NCBI RefSeq assembly: GCF_009914755.1 | Contig: NC_060926.1 | Strand: one strand, 5' to 3' | DNA length: 64,000 bases | DNA from: the human T2T-CHM13v2.0 reference genome, Homo sapiens | Shown here: positions 31,031 through 47,461 of the stretch, piece after piece | Layout of the letters: every line of letters begins with the position of its first letter | How positions within the stretch are numbered: position 1 is the stretch's first letter | The notes under the pieces: generated by a model | The model's database searches: none | What the model was told of the DNA's origin: nothing | The model's input: only the letters and a program-made list of their open reading frames with translations | Position numbers and translations under genes: made by a program

Positions 31031-34000
31031 GGCATGTTCTCCATGATAGCTAATTGAAACAAAGTGCATCAAGCACCTGTCTCATATAATCCTGAAATTC
31101 ATGAAATGCAATTTCAGAGAATTTCTGTTCTTTAGAAAATAACCTGCAGAATAAGATATAGAAGAGAAAATAAAAATAGCTAAAGCAGTATGCTCTAAAC
31201 AAAATCAACAACGTCAAAAAATGTTAATAAGTAGCATACAAACTTTAGTTACAGACATATTCCAGTTAATATATCAAATCTACCTCTTACCTGATGTATT
31301 AATTTGGTAAAATAATGTAAGAAGTGTGAAAAATGAAAGTATATAAGAACTAGATGAAAACCTGAGTGAATTCCTCTTCAAACTTTCTTTGTAGGGAAAG
31401 GCTTTCTAACTATGAATCTAATTATGAATCTAAGCCTCTTTTACTTTCTTCTGGAAAAAAAAAACACTTTACTTTTTATTTGGGAGATTACTTGTGACTT
31501 AGGTTGAACTCTCAATCAAAGTACCTTGCCTTCTCTGGCCAAAACATGGATTTGTGACCAAAGCTACTCCAGTCTGCCTTTCTCCCCTAGAATTTAAATC
31601 AGTTTTAACATTTGTGTTTTATATTATTAAAGCATGAAATAAGAAGGGAGCCAGATACATATAAATTATTCGAACTCCTTTCTCCCTGAAAAGGCAGAAA
31701 TTTAAAGAATTATCCTCACATTGAGAGACTATATCTGAACTCATGGGGACAAAAGTAAATTGTAATGACATTTGCATTTTGTAATTAACATGGTTTGGAA
31801 CTTGAAGATTTGGAATTTGAACAAAGTGGTGAATTATGAAACAGGAGTGGGCATGTATCAGAACATGAACAAATGATGAGTTCTGCATTGAGGATTTACA
31901 TATTGAGGACAGGCCATTTGTACTGGCTTAACTATGTAAAATTGTACAGCATTAGCAAGAAAGAGCAGCTGTGGCATGACAGTGGCGATGCCAGGACAGA
32001 TCTGGGCAGTGGATCTTATTCTTTCTGAACTCTTGGCATACTCTATAAAGAATGAAAAGTTGCATATGAGTTAAACAAAAATTAAAATATCTCAAAACTG
32101 AGAGCAGGAAGCTTTAAAATTTTACACTCTTCACTTCTTTGATTTTTATGATTATGTTATGGTTTCAGTGAAATAATTCACTATCCTGATCAAGTTCTAT
32201 TGACAATTATGAAGCAAAGATTTTAAGACTTTGCTTCCAAACTTTGTAACATTTGTTTCAAAACTTTAAACAAACAGTACATTTTCATTATTGCGAATTA
32301 TGCAATTGTATGCATAATTCATCATGTCTCACTAAAAAACAACATCTAACTTGCAGATAATCTAGAAAAAGAAAAATGATACTGGCCATCTACGAGAAAA
32401 ACAAAGGACTAAAGATGGAATGAAATAAAAAGATTAGAATTTATGAAAAAACTATAAGGCATGAAAAATTGAAAGTTTGTAATATCAGTGGATAAATATT
32501 GCAGTTTCATTTCATAGGTAGAACAGGTGTTTGTGAGCACAAATGTTGAAAGGCAATCATATTTGTGTATACATAAAGTCATATGAAAATAAACATTGTT
32601 TATGAGGTCCAGAGAATTCTCATTTGAATAATAAAGTCTCTCAAATTTATGGCAATAGCTGGGATATATAGGGAACCTGTGAACTAAGTTTTGGGACTAA
32701 CTAAAAGGTTGGGAAGTGACAGTGGTGAGACATACTATTCGAGTTCTGTGTTGTATCCATGTCCCTTTCAGCATCCCCAGATTGTCATGGAGCAAATAAA
32801 GTTGCAACTCCACTTGCTAGGATTAGAATAAAATGTGAAGACAGTGTAAGTCAGGCAACAGCTCTCAGAAGTAGCTATTCTGCCTGCAGTGCTTCTAAAT
32901 AACACCAGACTGGTCTTTAAAGCCTGGTACAAAAGTGATCCTATTTACTCTTGTGGCATCTTTCAATGTGTAAATTGAAGACCAATAAATCTTTTCTTAT
33001 GAAGACAGTTAAGGTTTCAGAAGGATAAACATGCCATTCAAAAGAAATATTAATTTTATTAATAATAAGTGGATCCTCAAATAGTAATAAACAAAAATAG
33101 GTTTTATATTGATATGCCCAGCAGGGATTATGCCTCTGTCTGATAAAATGTAGGTGCCCTTTTGCTCCTATGAAACACACCTCGTGGTATTTTATTTTAA
33201 AATAGGATTTTTTTTTCACTCTCATGGTACAGCCTGTTACTAGGGAAGGGGAAATGTAAGTTTAAACCACAGAAGAATTCAGGAGAGTTATCCTATGAAT
33301 TTTGTTAGTTGAATAACCTCTTATGAAAGAAATGAACCCTACTCATGGATGCTGCCAGGGGATGATTGGTTGGAAGAATTGAGAGACATTTTGAAGGACC
33401 TAGAGGCTGACAAGTAACACGATATCACTCTGAAGTGAGTAGCTTAATTTCTCTACGGATTGAACTTCAGAAATGATGACTTTACAATAGAGTATTGCAT
33501 CAGAAGAGAAAATCACAGTCTGTCAAGTAAAGGAAATTGGTATCTCTATGTTTCTCATTTCAAGAAGAGGCCTATTATTTTACCCCAGCATATAAAATTC
33601 CAATCAAAGTTCCATATACTCAGAATAATTCTGGGATTCTGGTCCCAGTTCTATGCAGTTAATAGGATGTACAATGTATTGTTTGAGAAGAAGCAATGTA
33701 AAGACACAAAATTACCAAATATTTTTCTTCTTTCTTTAACACCTAGGAATTTATATGGGTACAGCTTTATCCAATTAAATCATTACCACCATTAAAGAAT
33801 AAAATTAAGTTAATGCTACATAGGATGCTGACGGCATTAAAAATGAGGGATTCTGTCTCTTCTGATAGAAAATTTTAGGTATTAAGTGACAGCAGCTCGG
33901 GGGACAAGAAGTCTAGAAACAGCAACAGAAAATATTCACCAAATCGTAATTTTTCCATAATGAGACCTAATCTTTCAAATAAAATTTTACCACTTATTAA

Positions 34001-34099
34001 GTTCCCAGCACATGTATTAGTTTTTGTGTTGTGCAGTTGTCATTCAAACTAATGGGTTGAAACAGTCATATGTGCAAATAAAATATGAGTTGTTTACCA

Positions 34100-34600
34100 A
34101 CACAAAATAACTAAATAGTTCAGTAGCCTTTGCTTAAGTTGACTGGATAAGAGAGTCTGAGGCCAAAGATATAATGATATCATATTACAGATATTTGTAT
34201 CCAAGGGAAGCAAAAGCGAAGGATAAAGGTTAAGTGACACAGAGAAATAGAAAAAGCAAATACAAGAAGGAGCATTAGTTCTCACTAAGCACAGCTGATG
34301 GCAGGACATTTTCAGAAACCTAAATACAACTACCATGTCTCAGGGAAATTTATTAAGGTAAGAAGAGAAGATAATCTCTCTGCCAGCTCTATTCCAGTTT
34401 CCATTCCCCATTGGTAAAAGCATGTCCACAGGTCATAATAGTTCGTATGTCAAAGATGTGTTACTTGGTGACTCACGTAAACATTTGGGGCGTGCCAGAG
34501 GCTCTGTGTATCCAGACTTGTTAATGTGCTGGTATAGCTGTCTCTACTTATCAGTCACCTTGTACATGTGAAATCATTATTCTGAAGTGTTGGCAACAGT
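34100..34600 (-). mobile_element. Probable ERVL-type LTR (LTR16/LTR33-like) next to the ERVL internal fragment
   Basis: 'agagtctgaggccaaagat...gggaagcaaaag...agaaaaagcaaatacaag'; position downstream of minus-strand pol. Confidence 0.35.
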
Positions 34601-34699
34601 TGCTGCAAAAGTATGGGTTGAACCATCTCTAGGGCCATTATGGAGCAAATCAGTATGCAAGTCTAAAGGCAAGAAAATAGGTAAATTGGAACATATTTG

Positions 34700-36700
34700 G
34701 GATAGTATATAACTTTGTTTAGTAAGGGCCATCTCTTGAACCATTCTTGTAAGTTGATCCACGTAGAAAAAAAAAGCTTCCCTCAAGAAAAGTAGGTATC
34801 CAGTTCTTCAAGGGTACCACTAGGTTATATGTCCTAGAAAAAGTTAAATAAAAAGGCTAAGCAAAATACAGTATCAATTTTTATATCACATCTATTTCTC
34901 CCCCATCTATGTAAGATTTCCCTCATAGTTGGCCATCACTTAGCTGAGTTGGGTTGCTTACTTGGAAGAATAACCCTTACTGAAACCACGGTGGTTTTTA
35001 CACTTAGCTGCAGTGTTTTCATGTTCTTGTGGATATTATTGTTGAAACTGACTATTTTCATATAATGCTGGGTGTTGAAGCACCAAGAGAAAACCTGATG
35101 AAACTTCTGGGTTAAACATACCCCCACCACTACCCTCAAAAAAATCAGGGTGGATTATCAGTAGAGTAACTCTTTCCTTTGCTTGCTAGTCCCCCAATAT
35201 GAGAGGCTGAAAATGACAACATGGTAAGCCCAGATTTTAGTACAGTGGATACTTGACTACAAGCCCTGCCAAGACCCTAGCTTCACCTAGCCCCAGGAAG
35301 CAGTTAACAATTACCTGAAAGATCTTAAGATTTGGAAATGAAAAGTTCAAATTTCAAAGTGCATAAAATAACTGGGAGTGATGATGGGAGCTGTTGATCC
35401 TACTTTTACTCCTTAGTTGCTGGGTCAGTGTATTTTATTGAGGACACTGTATATGAAATAAATAATTGATTCAGTGCATAAGTGGCTGGGAGACAGTGCC
35501 CAATCTCATGAGGTTTTGTCTATTTGATGCCTCAATTAAGCCTTCAGCACTCCATTCCAATATCAGTCCTGTTCAATCAAGTTGGCTGATTTTTGATGGT
35601 TGAGTATGTGGTATGTACAGTGGAATTCCTATTTATTAACTCATTGTCACCGTTCCTTTTCTATAAAAGACTGAGCAATATTATGTGGCATACCATGTCA
35701 ATACATTAGTCATTCTGTTAGTCTTCAGTTAGTGGTGCTGGTGACAGTACACAAACATGAAGAGCCAATTCAAGTATTGATTCCAATATGGTGAGTTTCT
35801 GTCTCTGCCAAAGTGGAAAGTTGTTGAATGTGATTGAACAGCCAATGTTTGGATGGCCTAAATATCTGAAGAATAAAGCCATATTAAAGCTTTGGCATTG
35901 GTTTCTGTTGTTGGCAGGTTGGATATTCAGCACTGGTGGTAGCTAGCATATCTTTAGTGGACAGTCCCTGTTTTGGGACTTAAGAATGTATTTCATTTTT
36001 TTCCTAATGTTTATTCTGTCCTTAGGTACATGGTACAAGTACCAGAATAATCTAAGAAACAGTTAGATTGACAGTCACAAGATGAGTCATCCTATACATC
36101 CAGTTTTTGAGAGACTTGTTTGTAGTAGATACTATCTGTTGGCCATTAGTATGAGACAAAAAATGTCTGCAGTGTTTGTTCTAGATTGTATATATGCATC
36201 TGGGCACCTATTCCCCTGGTAACCTTGTTCTGAATCTTGTAAGCTTGTTCCTTCTAGGCCTCTGACCAAACAATGCAGCCATTCTCCACTGCCCGAGGTT
36301 CAGGGTATATCAATACCTTAGATATCCTCCCCCACCAAAAAAGTGGGTTTTATTTCATCACTGTGTCTTGTGCCACCCTTGAGATGAATTTTAATTCAGT
36401 AGAATATCTTTGCCAGCTAGTACCAACATACCGTATTGATAGCTCTAAATTAGGTTTCTACGCTTTCCTCCTTCATGAAGGAACTGCATATAAACTACAA
36501 GCAGGGGTTAAGGGAAACATGCCAGGTCAGCTGAGGTAGGTGACAGGGGAATCTGGACTTCTTCATCATGTAAATTATGTCTTCCTTTTGTACCTGCTCA
36601 AAGCCAATTTTGAATGATTAGTTACTATGATAAAATAAATTACAACTATGCCCACTCCATCCTATGACTTGGTAAATTTGATAACACATAACACCCTGAG
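34700..36700 (-). mobile_element. Decayed class III ERV (ERVL/HERV16-like) internal pol-integrase region
   Basis: Minus-strand remnants: LATTSAEYPTCQQQKP (integrase Zn-finger region, ~35895-35948); an 'LIE..WNG.LK'-like motif (~35540-35588); 'QAKERVTLL' (~35160-35190); 'LHDEEVQIP' (~36545-36575). Confidence 0.75.
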
Positions 36701-38074
36701 TATATAGTCTTTTGCTATTTAAGGATCAGGTATTTTGTCTTTATTAAATCTAAACAGGGGAGTACCTAAAGTCAATGTAAATTGGTGTGTTCATTTAGTT
36801 GCTGAAAATAATTTTGATGAAGATTATTTTTGATATAAAGTTTTACTAGTACTCTATGGAACTTTCTGTATTCCAGATACAGAAACAGATGAGCAAAAGG
36901 CAAATAACAGAGGAGGTAAGAAGGAAGAGCAAGCATCTCTATGTCTACAACTCTGCTACGTTAGGAACTCACTAATAAATATTGCAATATTTACCATTTT
37001 GATGTGAGCAATGGAAGAGAGAAGGGGAGTTATATTTGATTATATTCAGTGCTATAATCTTATTAAAAGAGAAGATGTTCACAGCCATAATTTCCTTTTA
37101 GTGCTAAAGAAAAATCAATAATAAACCTAGTGTCTTTCATGCCAAAATGGATTAGTTTATATTATTGAAGATAATGTATTCTGTATTCAAGTTTGTACTT
37201 AAATACAGTGCAACTGAAAAGACTGAATTGTCTAGATGAAATAGTTGTAACTGAGACAAGTCACAAATAGAATTAATAAATACTTCTGCAGTAAATCTTT
37301 ACTTATTTGGAAATTGAGGCTTGTTTTGGTACAAAAAAAAACAAGGTTTATGGTATACTTTTAGAGGCGGAAAAACATAAATAATATATGCATAATATTC
37401 TTATACTTATAAAATGTTTTTATATACACTATTTTAATTGAATTGCTTGTGAGTATTATAGTGAGTTAATTAAATGTTAACAATGTCTTGCCACATGGAA
37501 ATACTGTTAGATCTAGCTTAATAAAAAAGAAAGAATACTGTAATCGTTTTTTATGGATACAGCTTGTATAAAATACATTTCTTAAGCACTTTCTCTCTCA
37601 ATAAAATGAATCAGTGTCCTACAAAATTTGACTCATAATTTTAATTTGCATAAGATTTATTATTTAATACATACTATAAAAATATCAAATTACCATGATT
37701 TCACTAAAATAAAAAACCACCAAAATCAAAATCACAGAGTTTTTTATTTTAGTGTGTATGAGATAATATCAAGAAATATAAACTTTATGCCTTAATTATT
37801 CATGCCCAGTTATTCCTGGCTTCTTTTTCAAGTGTTTAATGTATATTATGAAGCAGATGCATGTGGAAAGACTTATGCCATAATTTATATAAGTGAATAG
37901 GCAAACCAGATTTTTTTAAAGAGCAGAGAACTAACAGTGAGAGACGAATGAGCCATAGAAACAACCATCTCCCTGGAGCTCATTTACAGAACACAAAATC
38001 ATAGGTATATTCTCATTCATAAACTCATTGTATGAAAAGCCAAGGTCTCCCAGACCATTTCTGCCTCCTAAAAT

Positions 38075-38165
38075 GTACTGACTACCTGAGGGCTTTTTCA
38101 GGTGATAGAATTTTCAGCGCTAAGAATAAGACAGTCTTAGGAAACCAGGATAATTTGTCACAATA
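38075..38165. mobile_element. Possible MER81-like hAT fragment
   Basis: 'ctgagggctttttcaggtgatagaattttcagcgctaagaataagacagtcttaggaaaccaggataatttgtcac'. Confidence 0.35.
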
Positions 38166-38478
38166 AGTACTAGACACTTTTACTTGGGGACAACAAATGG
38201 GGACAGTTTATGGGGCTTGTGGGAACATCCTCATAATCTCAAATTCCCTTCATGATCCTTACAACATGATCACCCCCAAAAAATTCCAAAACCCTTGCCT
38301 TGTTGAAAAAAAAAAAACATAGAAAAACTTTCAGAAAAGAAAGAAACCATTCTCACTTAGATCATCCTCACTGAATTACCAATAAATCTCAAGTTTTAAT
38401 TTCCATTCTCACCTATTGGTTATCTCCTATTGTCTAGCGTTATTTTTTTTTAATGTTGAAGAATGTTAAAAGTAAATT

Positions 38479-38480
<2 letters not shown>

Positions 38481-38513
<33 letters not shown>
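38481..38513. repeat. (AC)16 microsatellite inside a 17-bp direct repeat
   Basis: Direct reading; aaagtaaattaaacaca at 38469-38485 and 38513-38529. Confidence 0.93.
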
Positions 38514-38515
<2 letters not shown>

Positions 38516-38943
38516 GTAAATTAAACACATCATAACATCCACCACTACAAGCTTCATGATGTGTCCTAAACAATAAACTTTCCATATATGGCTAAATGTG
38601 ATGTGCTCACACTTAACAAGAGTAATTCTACAGTATCACCCAATGGGCATCCCATACCCAAGTTTACCTAGTTTGAAATTGAAAATTGGATGTAAGAACC
38701 TGGGTGCCCATAGCACGCTAAACTCAATATTTCAAACACAAACACATTCTATCCACCTCCTTTCTACCAGAATGAGATCTGTTCTTTTTCTTCTGTTCCT
38801 CTGATCGTTAACGCCATGCTGAGGAAAGAGATTTTACTTGTTTATGTTTGCTTTTATATAACCACCATACATATTTGGCTGTTGGCAAGAATATATTTTG
38901 CAATTCTTAAAAAATTCAGAATTTCTTATTAATATTAACCCTA

Positions 38944-39290
<347 letters not shown>

Positions 39291-41129
39291 AATAGAAATA
39301 TTCTTAATCTTGGACTGCGTAATTTGGTCTCCATTTCTCTTAAGTTTTATACATTTTATGATTTAATTTTTTGTGTTAATTCAGTGCAAAGTTTTCAGCA
39401 TTGTCTTTCTATTTACTAATACTGATCTACAAACTATCAAGTCTCTTATTCTATGGCTCTATGTATGAATTTCAATGTGCCTAACTTGTTATTTTTCTTA
39501 CTTCTGTGTTCTCTTTCATTCATATATATATTGCATATATGTATCATCCATATATATATATGCATGATATATATATATCATACATAGGTAACTAATACCT
39601 TATTATTTGCATTTATAATTTATCTGTCTTCTATTCATGTTATTGCAATGGATGTTGATATTATACTTATGTATCTGAGGAAATAAAATCTATTTATATC
39701 ATATTACTGATTTGCATTTTTGCTGAGAGTATACATATTGGTATACTCATTTTGGTAAATGTTGACTATCAATCTGAGTGATACTTTCAGTCATTTACTT
39801 TGAACCTGAAATTTTCATTCTCAGGTTCATCGTCAAAAGGATTAACAAACAGAATCTTTTGATGCTTGCCCATTCATATTTTGGATTTACAGTTGCCTTT
39901 CTGGGGCACCAACTGATATTGGGGCTAATTTAGTGCCAGCTTGGCCCGTGTTTCTTTCCTGGTTGTGCTTACTTCCTTCAGCCAACCATGGCAAGGAATT
40001 GTATGCAAACCTTAGGTAGCTGGCCTAAGATTTCTCAGCCCCCGCGAACCGGCAGGGAGTCCAGGCTTCTGGTTTCACAAGATGAGCTAGACTTTGATCT
40101 TCAATAGCGCCTAAGGTACTTTTGGGCCCCGTTATCCAAGAACCCTAACTCCAGACTCTCTCCTCACACATTCAGTCCTTGATCCCAGCAGGCACACAGC
40201 TTCAGCCCCTGCCTGCTACAGTGTGTTTCTATTCATATTCTAGCCCATGGACATCTTTTTCCTGCTTGTGGTTAAATTACTTCATTTTATTTTATTTTTA
40301 TTTACTCTTACTTAGCACTTCCATTTTTGAAGGGAAGGGAATATGTAAATGCACAAACTATATTCTTATTGCGGCCAGAAGTCCCCCCGTTTCTTTTCAA
40401 GATTCCATCACAATTCCTTGTCTGCCTCAGCAAAATATATTCAACATGCTCTGCTGTTCCGTCACCGCTCTACCACTCCCCAACAGCTTGCACTCTGTCC
40501 AATTTCTAACATTTTATAGAAACTATCTCAAAAAAGTCACTGATGATCTCTGCTTCCCACATAATAGTATGAAGTTTTCCACCTTTAATCTCTGCAATGG
40601 TAGATATTTGCCAATGTCCTCTTGCTTTAAATTGCTTTTCCTAGTGTTATTTTCATATTTCATAAAAGTTGTGATACAAGCATAAGCATATGAATGCCAA
40701 ATCAAAACAAACAGATGTAGGCTTTCTATGGTACTAATATAACCCTTTTTCTTACATAGAAGAGTCAAGTTTAATATCTTCGATTAAAACTTTTAAGTTA
40801 GTCAATGGATTTCTACTAATTGTGCAGAACAAAATTAGTAACATATTCCATAGAGTCGGGCAGAGTTTTGACATCATTGGCCTTACTTCCCTGTATGCAT
40901 GGGAGTATAGAAGACAAATGGAAAAGCAAATACTTTCAAAACAAGCAATTCTCATTTGCAAGGTTATTTTAGACTTATTTGTATGGAAGAACATTGAGTG
41001 CCCGATACTTTTATTTTATTTTGTTTTATGCGAAGCATAGTTGGTGTAAATGAAATCATTGACTACATTTCTCAAGTCTCATTCTAGAGACAATATTAAA
41101 GTCTTAATGGCATAACATAATCATACACT

Positions 41130-41420
41130 GTTTTTCCTTGAAATGTTATTAAAATGCTTGTAGATTCTTATGCAGTTGTTAGAAATAATAGAAAGAGATT
41201 TATATACAATTCATCAGCTTCTCCAAGTATTAACATTTTTCAAAAGTATAGAATAACATCACAACCAGGATACTGGCATTAAAACATCAACTGATCTTAT
41301 TCAAATATCCTATGTTACTTCTACTCATAAATATGTGTGTGTGTTTAGTTCTATATTATTTTATCCCTTGAGTAGGTTCTTATATCCACGACCATAGTCC
41401 AGGTACTCAAAAGTTCCATC
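41130..41420 (-). mobile_element. Ancient L1M 3'-end fragment
   Basis: 'tagattcttatgcagttgttagaaataatag...acatcacaaccaggatactggcatt'. Confidence 0.55.
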
Positions 41421-42510
<1,090 letters not shown>

Positions 42511-42614
42511 ACTCTTTGGGTAAGAAATTTAACAGTTTCTTGTAGATGCCATTTCACTGATCTTTATAATACTCTTAAGAATAAAAATACAATTTTCTGG
42601 AAGATAGTGATAAA

Positions 42615-42812
42615 CATATATATATATACACACACACATTTATACACACAATACAATATTTATAGTGTTATGCCATTGCAAACACATATATACGTGTGTG
42701 TGAGTATATATGTATGTGTATCTGTGTATGTATGTATGTATGTATGTATCTATCTATCTATCTATCTATCTGCCTATCATCATCTATCTTTATCTATCTA
42801 TCCATCAATCTA
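42615..42812. repeat. Compound microsatellite (TA)n(CA)n...(TG)n(TATG)n(TATC)n
   Basis: Direct reading. Confidence 0.9.
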
Positions 42813-44499
42813 GAGGGAGAGACATTCCTTGTTTTAGTAGCAAACTTGAGTAAATAAATAAATGGGGAAAATAATAAACAGCAGACTACAAACTCTAGCT
42901 TATTCAACCAATTTCAACATAATAATTTGGTTGTTAGGAAAGATCTTATTTCAGAACGCTGAGATATTTGTCACAAAAATATAATGTGTCAAACTTCCAA
43001 AAGTCTTGCTACATTTATGCTAGTGATTTAATAAGTTTTCACAGGAGACAATCTTCAACATTTTCCAAGGATAACAATTCTCAGAAAGGCCACGAGATCT
43101 ATTTAAGAAGACAAATGTTAATTATCTGCCACAAACTTTCATTCTGCTCTAGACTCACCTAATATTTACTGAGGGACTATATCATTTAGGCCTGTGGGGA
43201 GATTTAGAATGAAATTTCCATTGACTGTACACCTGAGGTTTGGTGATAGCAAAATTAAATACATGTTAAATAGACATATTATTTCTTAGAGCAAAGGAAG
43301 GAGTAATCAATTCTGACTTGTGAAACTGTGGTATTTAAACTGGATGTACACAAAAGACAATTATAATAATAATAAAATATGAAATATGAGGTAAGTCATA
43401 CCTCTCCAAAGTTATACTCTTGTTCCCCATCTTTCATTCACATCCTTTATCTAGATGACCATCAAGTAGTACTTTGCATCTCCTTGGAACAAAGATGTCC
43501 CTGACATATCTGAAGTGTGGCACATACAAAGATGGAGATATAGTGAGAGGTCAGTCCAGGGAAAATAATTAGGACAAGATCCCAGATCATTGCAAAATAA
43601 GCTACAGATAGAATATTATTTCTTTTTATATTAGCCAGTGCAGAAAATATAGGTTTATTGGACATTTCAAAAAATTTATGGAAATTATTATTGCAATTTA
43701 TCAGGTCTAGAAGATGAATCAGGTAATGTCGAAAATGTGAGATACTTGCTCTCTTTGTGTCATAGTTATTCTTTGCATAGTCATGTGTTTTAGGACTCAT
43801 TACAAGACATGGTCATTAATTGTTCACCAGTAAGTTTGCTACATTCAACTTTGAGGATAGGTAGCGCATTTTGCTTATCTCTTCTGTACTTGTTACAGTT
43901 CCTGAAGAAATGAATGTTTACTGTAATTAGAAACAAATAAATCAGCTCAAATATGAGTAGTTTTATATATGTAATGGTATGTTCTTGGGTAATTTCAAAT
44001 ACTACAGGTTATTCTGGAGACTGATAGGCAAATATTAAGAACCTTTGAAATACACATCTACTTTCCTGCCAAAAATTTCATATGTAGGTATTTTACCTAG
44101 AAAATAGCAAAAGATAAACAAAAAAAAAGTATAAACACATGGTTACTCATCAAGTTTATAATTGAAAAAAGTGAACATATTAAAATATTCAACAGTGGGA
44201 AATGGTTAAAATGATAGTATATACACAAAATGCTATAAAGAGCTATAAATATCATAATACTAAAATTACAAAATCATATGGGCCATTTCTGGTATTCTGA
44301 GGAAAAATTATGGTCTAAAAATTATCAGAAACTATAGTTCTAATATTTAAAAATAACACACATGTAAAATGATAAAAGCTGTTATTTTCTCTGGCTGCTA
44401 GAATTAAAATTTTCATTTTTTCCTTTGTGCATCCTCTTTCAAAATACCAGTGACAAAGAAGTTTAAATAAATGCAAAATAGCCTCAGAGAAACATTACA

Positions 44500-45720
<1,221 letters not shown>

Positions 45721-46531
45721 AAAGAGTGCATTCTTTGTTCTTATGTTCTTCCTTTCATGTTCTTTTATTTCTTTCATATTTTCTTACTCTTTTCTTCTTT
45801 TCCTCGTTTATTTTTGTTTTGGCTTTCTTAATTAGAGAATTGTGTAATTATATACAACAAAATTTTAGGTGTATAATTAGATTAAATTTGAGAAATATAT
45901 ACAGCCATGTAAATACAATAGCATGCCATGGTATATAACATTTGCCTCATCCCAAAATGTTATGTTTCTTTATCTTTACCACACTCTGGACCCTGGCAAC
46001 CACTGATGTACATTCCATCACTATAATTTTGTCTTTCATAAAATTTTATACAATTAGCATCAAACTGTATGTAGTATTTTGTAACTGAATTTTTTTTTAA
46101 CTTCACAGAATGTGTCCGAGATTCTCCAGGTTGTAACATACATCAATGATTCACTAATTTTATTGGTAAATATCATTACATCATGTCAATCTACCACACC
46201 TTGTTTATCTACTGAGCAGTTCATTAGCATTTAGTTATTATCTCTTCTTGGTAATGATAAATAAATCTGCAAGTCTTTTTGTAGCCATTAACTTTTATTT
46301 CTTTTGAGTAAATACCCAGAAGTGGAATTAGTGGAATTATTGGATCACAGGGTAAAGATATACCTTATATTCTAAGAAATCATCAAATTGTTTTCCAAGT
46401 TGGCTATGCTATTTTTATTCCCATCAGAAATATTTGAATGTCTCAATTACCTCATATATTTGCCAACATTTGGTATTGCTACATTTTTATTTAGTTTTAG
46501 CCATTCTTGTTCACATGTAGAGGTAATTCAT

Positions 46532-46683
46532 TGTAGTGGTTTTAAAAATATATCCACAAATTTTTTGAAACTTCTCCATTAAAGAGGTGGAGATTTATTC
46601 TCTACCCTTTAAGTGTAGACTGTACTTAGTGATTTGCATCTAACAAATAGAATAAAGCAGTGGGAGAGACAGAGAGAGAGAGG

Positions 46684-46743
<60 letters not shown>

Positions 46744-47112
46744 TGTGAGTGTGTGTATGTTTTCTCCAAAACTAGGTCCTAGCCATTGGGACTTCCTCAT
46801 TACACTCTGTCTTAGATTACTTAATCTTGGAGGAAGGAAGCTGCAATTTGTGAGTATCTATTTGGAGAGGCCTGAGTGGCAAACACTTGAAGTCTCACAC
46901 CAACAACCAACAAGAAACTAGGACTGCTAACAACTGCATGAGTGAGTGGGAAGCTCATGAAATGACTGTAACTGGCTGACAGTTTGATTGCAACCCAAAA
47001 TGACCCAGGTAAATTGCTCTTAGATTCCTGACCCTCATAAACTGTGACATAATAAATGTTTATTTTTATGCTAAATTTTGGTGAAATATATTACTCGACA
47101 ATAGTGAATATT
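46532..47112 (+). mobile_element. MaLR LTR (MLT1F-like) containing (GA)n(GT)n
   Basis: Starts tgtagtggttttaaaaatatatccacaaatt...aagaggtggag; ends 'aataaatgtttatttttatgctaaattttggtg'. Confidence 0.75.
46663..46756. repeat. (GA)n(GT)n microsatellite
   Basis: Direct reading. Confidence 0.93.
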
Positions 47113-47188
47113 TATGGTATTAATTTTCAGTTCTGTAATGACATAATATTGAGAATCACTTCATGTGTTTTTGATATAATATTTCTTT

Positions 47189-47461
47189 CTTGTTTTTTGT
47201 CACCCAGGCTGGAGTGCAACGGTGCAGTCTCTGCTCACTGCAAGCTCCGCCTCCGGGATTCAAGCAATTGTCCTGCCTCAGCACCCCCAAGTAACTGGGA
47301 TTACAGATGCCTGCCACCACACCCAGCTAATTTTTGTATTTTTAGTAGAGACAGGGTTTCACCATGTTGGCCAGGCTGGTCTCGAATTCCTGACCTCATG
47401 ATCCACCGGCCTCGGCCTCCCAAAGTGCTGGGATGACAGGCATGAGCCACTGCACCTGGCC
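47189..47461 (-). mobile_element. Alu (AluSg/Sc-like) missing the last ~17 nt of the right arm
   Basis: Short T tail joins directly to 'tgtcacccaggctgg'; TSD atatttcttt (47179-47188 / 47463-47472). Confidence 0.92.

Noticed and set aside
32050-32720. Possible hAT/Charlie DNA-transposon remnant
   Set aside because: Only a vague terminal resemblance (aaaggttgggaag); no TIR pair or TSD could be confirmed.
40179-40685. 168-aa ORF, the longest outside the L1
   Set aside because: Non-ATG start (ttg); Leu/Phe/Ser-rich composition typical of T-rich non-coding DNA; no domain motif.
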